From assembly GCA_018818405.1 (NCBI GenBank), contig JAHIRY010000038.1, positions 35,449 through 99,448 of the forward strand: a stretch of 64,000 nt of DNA. The letters are read 5' to 3'. Below the pieces are notes generated by a model. It was not told the DNA's origin. It made no database searches and worked only from the letters and a program-made list of their open reading frames with translations. Position 1 is the first letter of the stretch. Every line of letters begins with the position of its first letter. The position numbers and the translations under genes are program-made. This stretch comes from Patescibacteria group bacterium (GTDB lineage Bacteria; Patescibacteriota; Patescibacteriia; UBA11705; JABHMO01). This document shows positions 59,501-64,000 of the stretch, piece by piece.

Positions 59501-59600
59501 GCGGCGGAGAATTAAGATTAAGATTAAGGAGAAAAATTAAGGAAATAAAAATCCAAGCCCTAATTCTTAATCTTATCCTTATCCCTAATTCTTTCACCGC
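59501..59600. repeat. imperfect inverted repeat built from TTAAGA-like hexamers
   Basis: GCGG..AGAATTAAGATTAAGATTAAGG ... CTTAATCTTATCCTTATCCCTAATTCT..CCGC. Confidence 0.55.
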
Positions 59601-59739
59601 AACGGCGCCGGCGGAGAATCGAAAACATTTCATCCGATCGCCGGCCGTACGGAACAAAAATCTTTGTTCCCCGTTTTCATTAAAAAAATTTTAAATTATT
59701 CATAAATAAAATATCAACGCAACATCCCGCGCAAAATAA

Positions 59740-59767
59740 AAAAATTCCGCAAACTGCGGAATTTTTT
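59740..59767 (-). terminator. terminator after rpsU
   Basis: AAAAAATTCCGCA-aac-TGCGGAATTTTTT. Confidence 0.85.
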
Positions 59768-59781
59768 GAATGAATTCGAAT

Positions 59782-60024
59782 TTAATATCGTCGTCTTCGC
59801 TGCGGTTCTTCCGGCAATCGGCCGATCTTTTTCATGTATTCATGCGTTTCCCGTTTTTCTTTTTTCACGAGAGCGCTCTTCCGGCGCATGTTTCGATTGA
59901 CATCGCCCTTGAAAAAACGAATCTTCTTCGCCTGCAACAGCAAACCGCTCTGCATCAGCCGCTTGTTAAAGCGCCGAATAAAAGCTTCAAAAGTTTCGCC
60001 TTTTTTTCTCTTTGAATAAACCAT
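59782..60024 (-). CDS. rpsU: 30S ribosomal protein S21
   Basis: KRKKGETFEAFIRRFNK...SGLL..AKKIRFF. RBS AAGGAG 8 nt before the ATG at 60024. Adjacent to yqeY. Confidence 0.88.
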   Translation of the reverse strand: MVYSKRKKGETFEAFIRRFNKRLMQSGLLLQAKKIRFFKGDVNRNMRRKSALVKKEKRETHEYMKKIGRLPEEPQRRRRY

Positions 60025-60068
60025 TGTTTCGACTCCTTCTAGTAAAAATTTAATTATATTAACCACCC

Positions 60069-60177
60069 GTCACACTGAGCCTGCCGAAGTGCGCATTCGC
60101 CTAAAACGCCATCACCGCCCGTCACGCTGAGCCTGCCGAAGCACGCTCTTCTCTGTCACGCTGAGCCTGCCGAAGCG
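60069..60177 (+). repeat. three orphan family B repeats
   Basis: GTCAC(A/G)CTGAGCCTGCCGAAG at 60069, 60121 and 60155. Confidence 0.9.
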
Positions 60178-60201
60178 CACCTTCACTTAAACGTCGCCCA
60201 C

Positions 60202-60230
60202 ATATTACCGCAAACATTCACTTCCGTCAA
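60202..60230 (-). promoter_or_regulatory. putative rpsU promoter
   Basis: Minus strand TTGACG-N17-TAATAT. Confidence 0.5.
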
Positions 60231-60236
60231 GATCCC

Positions 60237-61574
60237 CTATTTCTTCAACTTTTTCTTCAACTCAGCCACCACTCTCTTCGCGTTCACCACTTCCTGAATT
60301 CCGCTCTCCATGTCGCGCAAAATAACGGTTCCCTCTATCACTTCCTTTTGTCCGAGAATCAACACGAATTTCGCGCCGAGCTTTATCGCCGTATCCAGCT
60401 GAGCTTTCAGCGCGCCTTTTGTGAGATTTGCTCTGACTGAAAAATTTTCCTTGCGCAAAGCTTCAAAAAATGAAAAAGTCTTTTGTCTCGCCTGCTCGCT
60501 GATCTGAGCGACAAACACATCCGGCGCCGGCAAATTTGGAATTTCGCATTTGTTCACTTTCATCCGGCTGATCACTCGTTCGATTCCCATTGTAAATCCC
60601 GCGGCCGGCGTAGCTATTCCGCCCAACATTTGAATCAGATAATCGTAACGCCCGCCTCCGGCCAATGACAGCCGCGCGCTCTCGTCTTCGCCTTCTTTCT
60701 TTTCTTGTTTTTCCAGCGGATGAATTTCAAAAACCGTTTTCGTATAATAATCGAATGTTCTCAAAAGCGTTGGATCCAGCTTGTAGGGAATTTTCAATTC
60801 ATCCAAATATTCCAAAACCTTGAACAAATGATTGCGGCAATCATCGCACAACCAATCCATTGTTTGCGGAGCGTCTTCTTTCAATTTAACGCATTTGACG
60901 CTCTTGCAAATTAAAAATTTCATGGGATCTCTTGTCATCCTCTTTCGGCAATCCAGACAAACCGCGCCTCTTTTTGATTTTAAATATCCGCCCAGCGCTT
61001 TTGCGTATTCCACGCGGCAGCTCGCGCATCCGATGCTGTTCAGTCTGATCTCCGAATCAAGTCCGAAATTTTTCAATAAATAATGTCCGATAATAATCAA
61101 TTCCGCGTCAACCGCCGGCGACTTGTCTCCGATAATTTCAAAACCGACCTGAGTGAACTGGCGCAACTTTCCGGCATCGACTTTTCCCCGCCTGAACATC
61201 GGGCCGCAATAATAAAGTTTAATCGGCTGAGGCTGATTGTCCATATTATGATCAATATAAGCTCGGCAAGTCGACGCTGTTCCTTCCGGCCGCAACGCCA
61301 CTTTTTCTCCCTTGTCAATGAAATGAAAAATTTCTTTTTCCACAATGCCTCCTTGCTTGAAAAGAGTATGATTGAACAATTCATATTTTTCGAGGAGCGG
61401 AGTACGCATTAATCTGAAACTGTAATCGCGCACAACTTTTTTTATTTGTCCCTCCACAAAATCCCAATATTTTTCTTCAGGCGGAAGCACATCTTTCATC
61501 CCTCTTAACAAGGGCGGAGTTTTGATCACTTTTATTTCTTCCTGAGGCTGTTCTTCTTTTTTTCTTCGAGGCAT
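60237..61574 (-). CDS. hisS: histidine--tRNA ligase
   Basis: RGMKD, LRPEGTA, RQFTQVG.E, LLRTFDYYT, GGGRYD, GIERV, anticodon-binding domain. Confidence 0.95.
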   Translation of the reverse strand: MPRRKKEEQPQEEIKVIKTPPLLRGMKDVLPPEEKYWDFVEGQIKKVVRDYSFRLMRTPLLEKYELFNHTLFKQGGIVEKEIFHFIDKGEKVALRPEGTASTCRAYIDHNMDNQPQPIKLYYCGPMFRRGKVDAGKLRQFTQVGFEIIGDKSPAVDAELIIIGHYLLKNFGLDSEIRLNSIGCASCRVEYAKALGGYLKSKRGAVCLDCRKRMTRDPMKFLICKSVKCVKLKEDAPQTMDWLCDDCRNHLFKVLEYLDELKIPYKLDPTLLRTFDYYTKTVFEIHPLEKQEKKEGEDESARLSLAGGGRYDYLIQMLGGIATPAAGFTMGIERVISRMKVNKCEIPNLPAPDVFVAQISEQARQKTFSFFEALRKENFSVRANLTKGALKAQLDTAIKLGAKFVLILGQKEVIEGTVILRDMESGIQEVVNAKRVVAELKKKLKK

Positions 61575-61607
61575 ATTTTTTTAATTCAAAAATTATAAAA
61601 GAAATTT

Positions 61608-62255
61608 CTAATTGTTTTCAACGGTTATTCCATAATCAACTTCCGGAAAAACGGTCAATCGCCAGATCGGCCAGCCGCGCAACCAGACTTTGCCGACGAT
61701 AAGTTCGCGATTGAGCGGACCGAAACTTCGGGAATCCAAACTGAATTCTCTGTTATCGCCCATAACATAATATTCGTTTTTATTCAATTCCCATGTCTTG
61801 GGACCGCCCAGATGCAGACCTTCCGGCAAATATGCGCTCTCATCTATCATAAACTTTTTTCCTTCCAGAGTATAAATATAAATATGCTCATCAACTATTT
61901 CTATTTTTTCGCCCGGCAATCCTACAATTCTTTTAATAAAATATTGGCTCGGATCTTTCGGATAACGAAAAACCACAATATCTCCTCTGTTCGGCTCGCC
62001 GATGGGGACTATTTGTCCGTCGCTGAAAGGAATCTTCAAACCATAACTTATTTCATTGATAATCAAATATTCATTGTCATAAAAACTGGGCTCCATTGAC
62101 GCGCCCTTGACATAAAACGGTTTTATCAGAAAATATCGCACCGGTAAAATTATCATCAGTGAAATAACCACCACCTTTAACAAATCCCAAACAAAATGTA
62201 TGACTTTTTGCATTGGCGTTAATTCTTCGAAATAATCTCTTTCATCAAAATCCAT
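61608..62255 (-). CDS. lepB: signal peptidase I
   Basis: GASMEP, FIKRIVGLPGE, MGDNR..SLDSR.FG. Confidence 0.96.
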   Translation of the reverse strand: MDFDERDYFEELTPMQKVIHFVWDLLKVVVISLMIILPVRYFLIKPFYVKGASMEPSFYDNEYLIINEISYGLKIPFSDGQIVPIGEPNRGDIVVFRYPKDPSQYFIKRIVGLPGEKIEIVDEHIYIYTLEGKKFMIDESAYLPEGLHLGGPKTWELNKNEYYVMGDNREFSLDSRSFGPLNRELIVGKVWLRGWPIWRLTVFPEVDYGITVENN

Positions 62256-62588
62256 AAGCTTTGAATAAATATTCCATTCAATTATTTTAAAATAAAAATA
62301 TAAACTGTTCTTTTTCTAAAATCACGTTTTCGATCTCGATTTTCTTCATGCGCAAACTTCCGAAAATCTCTCAAATTTTTTTCATAAAAAAACCAATCGA
62401 ACCTCGAGCAACAGAACATTTACCGGAGATTCCAATACAAACGGAATTATATCATTGCAATCTTTTTTGGGCAAGAGCAATGCTTGTCAGATGAGTAATA
62501 TTGTTATATAATAAGGCGGTATATGGAATAACTTTCATACAGCGCATTGTTTTATTTGAAAATGGCTGTTTTTTATAATAATCATTTT

Positions 62589-64000
62589 ATGTTCGATAAA
62601 TCAAATAATCCGAAAGAAGAAGATATTGAACTTTCAAAAACAAGAATCAATCTGCTTTCAGCGGACTCAAATACCGGCCCGCGAAGCGCTAAAATATGGG
62701 GCGTCGGCAAATTCGTGCTCTATCTCACTGTCATCTGCTTTATCGCTTTTTTGGTTTTCTCCTATCAAGTGCTCCTGACCGGCAGCAGCATCACGGAAAT
62801 GTTTAATGGAAAACTGAATATTTTCAAACAATTGAACACTTGGGCCGGAGAATCCGGCAAATTGCAAGGAGAAGTTGACGATCGCGTCAACATTATACTT
62901 TCAGGAATGGGCGGACCCGGACATGACGGACCGTATTTGACAGACACTATCATTATTGCCAGCATTCAGCCGTCAACAAAAAGAATCTCTTTTATTTCCG
63001 TTCCGCGAGACTTGCTGGTGGAAATTCCCGGCTACGGCTGGTGGAAAATAAACAATGCCAACGCTCTGGGAGAACAAAAAAGCGAGGGACAAGGCGGAGC
63101 ATTATTAAAAGAAGTCATCCAGCGAACATTTGACATGCCCATTCATTATTATGTGCGAGTTGATTTTTCCGGATTTGAAAAAATTATTGATGATCTGCAA
63201 GGCGTGAGAGTTTATGTTGACAGGAGTTTCATTGACTACCAATTTCCGGCTGATGATTACAAATATCAAGTCGTTTCATTTGAACAAGGCTGGCACACCA
63301 TGGACGGAAAAGAAGCGCTGGAATTCGCCCGCTCCAGACACGGAAACAATGGCGAAGGATCTGACTTTGCCAGAAGCAAACGCCAGCAAAAAATATTGCA
63401 GGCTGCAAAAGAAAAAATATTTTCTTATAATTTTCTGCTCAATCCCGCGAAGATAAGCAGTCTGACAAAAGAACTGGCCAATCATCTCACCACCGACCTG
63501 GAACCTTGGGAAGTCATAAAACTGGCGACTCTGCTGGAAAAATGCGACACGGAAAATATTCTGAGCGGAGTTCTGGACGACAGTCCCGGCGGTTATCTCT
63601 ACGCGAATGTGGTAAATTCAGCCTATGTGCTCGAACCGAGAGGCGGAGATTTTTCAGAAATTCAAGCGATGGCAAAAAATATTTTCAACGAACAAACCAA
63701 AATCACTGAAAAGAAAATCGTTAATCTGGAAATCAGAAACGGAACGGTTATCCCCGGACTGGCATCGCGCAATGCGGAAGAAGTGAAACTCTTGGGTTAT
63801 CGAGTGCTGAACCTCAGCAACGCGCCGGAACAAACATATCAAGAAACCGTTATTTATAAATTATCAAAACATGACCTGCCTGAAGAAACAAAATTTCTGG
63901 CAGACAAATACGCAACAACAATTACCGCGGAATCAATACCCGACTGGATAAATGAAACAGCCGCGCCTGACATTGATTTCATAATAATTCTCGGGAAAAA
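62589..64000 (+). CDS. LCP (LytR-CpsA-Psr) family protein with LytR_C domain, runs off the window end
   Basis: Hand translation: TM helix, RVNIILSGMGGPGHDGPYLTDTII...SVPRDL...KINNA, FARSRHG...SDFARSKRQQ, EIRNGT..PGLA. Absent from the ORF track because it has no stop in the window. Confidence 0.9.
   Translation, partial: MFDKSNNPKEEDIELSKTRINLLSADSNTGPRSAKIWGVGKFVLYLTVICFIAFLVFSYQVLLTGSSITEMFNGKLNIFKQLNTWAGESGKLQGEVDDRVNIILSGMGGPGHDGPYLTDTIIIASIQPSTKRISFISVPRDLLVEIPGYGWWKINNANALGEQKSEGQGGALLKEVIQRTFDMPIHYYVRVDFSGFEKIIDDLQGVRVYVDRSFIDYQFPADDYKYQVVSFEQGWHTMDGKEALEFARSRHGNNGEGSDFARSKRQQKILQAAKEKIFSYNFLLNPAKISSLTKELANHLTTDLEPWEVIKLATLLEKCDTENILSGVLDDSPGGYLYANVVNSAYVLEPRGGDFSEIQAMAKNIFNEQTKITEKKIVNLEIRNGTVIPGLASRNAEEVKLLGYRVLNLSNAPEQTYQETVIYKLSKHDLPEETKFLADKYATTITAESIPDWINETAAPDIDFIIILGK

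Noticed and set aside
60069-60177. Possible mini-CRISPR
   Set aside because: Spacers are 29 and 11 nt, and the repeat belongs to the GIY-YIG-flanking family.
1-64000. Alternative genetic code (TGA=Gly)
   Set aside because: Conserved genes such as ftsW and miaB end at TGA at the expected length and contain no internal TGA.

Overview
64 kb of a small-genome bacterium. The gene content and protein styles point to Patescibacteria/CPR, possibly the ABY1 group (inference); TGA is read as stop. Core genes are miaA, miaB, mraY-murD-ftsW, an Rrf2/IscR-iscU-nfu-iscS operon, prs, rpmA, rsmA, prfB, htrA, nrdD/nrdG, ftsA-ftsZ, dgkA-ybeY, yqeY, rpsU, hisS, lepB and an LCP protein. These are interleaved with surface-protein islands. 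Four observations stand out. (1) A class III RNR appears split: the glycyl-radical segment (SRVVGY) is a separate 47-51 aa gene missed by the ORF track. (2) A 2822-aa protein joins an N-terminal VirB2/TrbC-like pilin, Ig/IPT/Cys-rich/LamG modules and a C-terminal type IV pilin/GspG-like head. A second pilin fusion and DxDxDG membrane proteins sit beside it, and a separate 2973-aa Cys-rich protein has a VirB5/TrbJ-like start. (3) Two stand-alone GIY-YIG genes are each wrapped in their own family of GTCA-tagged hairpin repeats, with orphan copies in the rpsU leader. (4) Long perfect palindromes are built on GTAG-type REP cores. No rRNA, tRNA, CRISPR array, transposase or reverse transcriptase was recognised. 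All domain calls are from motif recognition by eye, not from searches.
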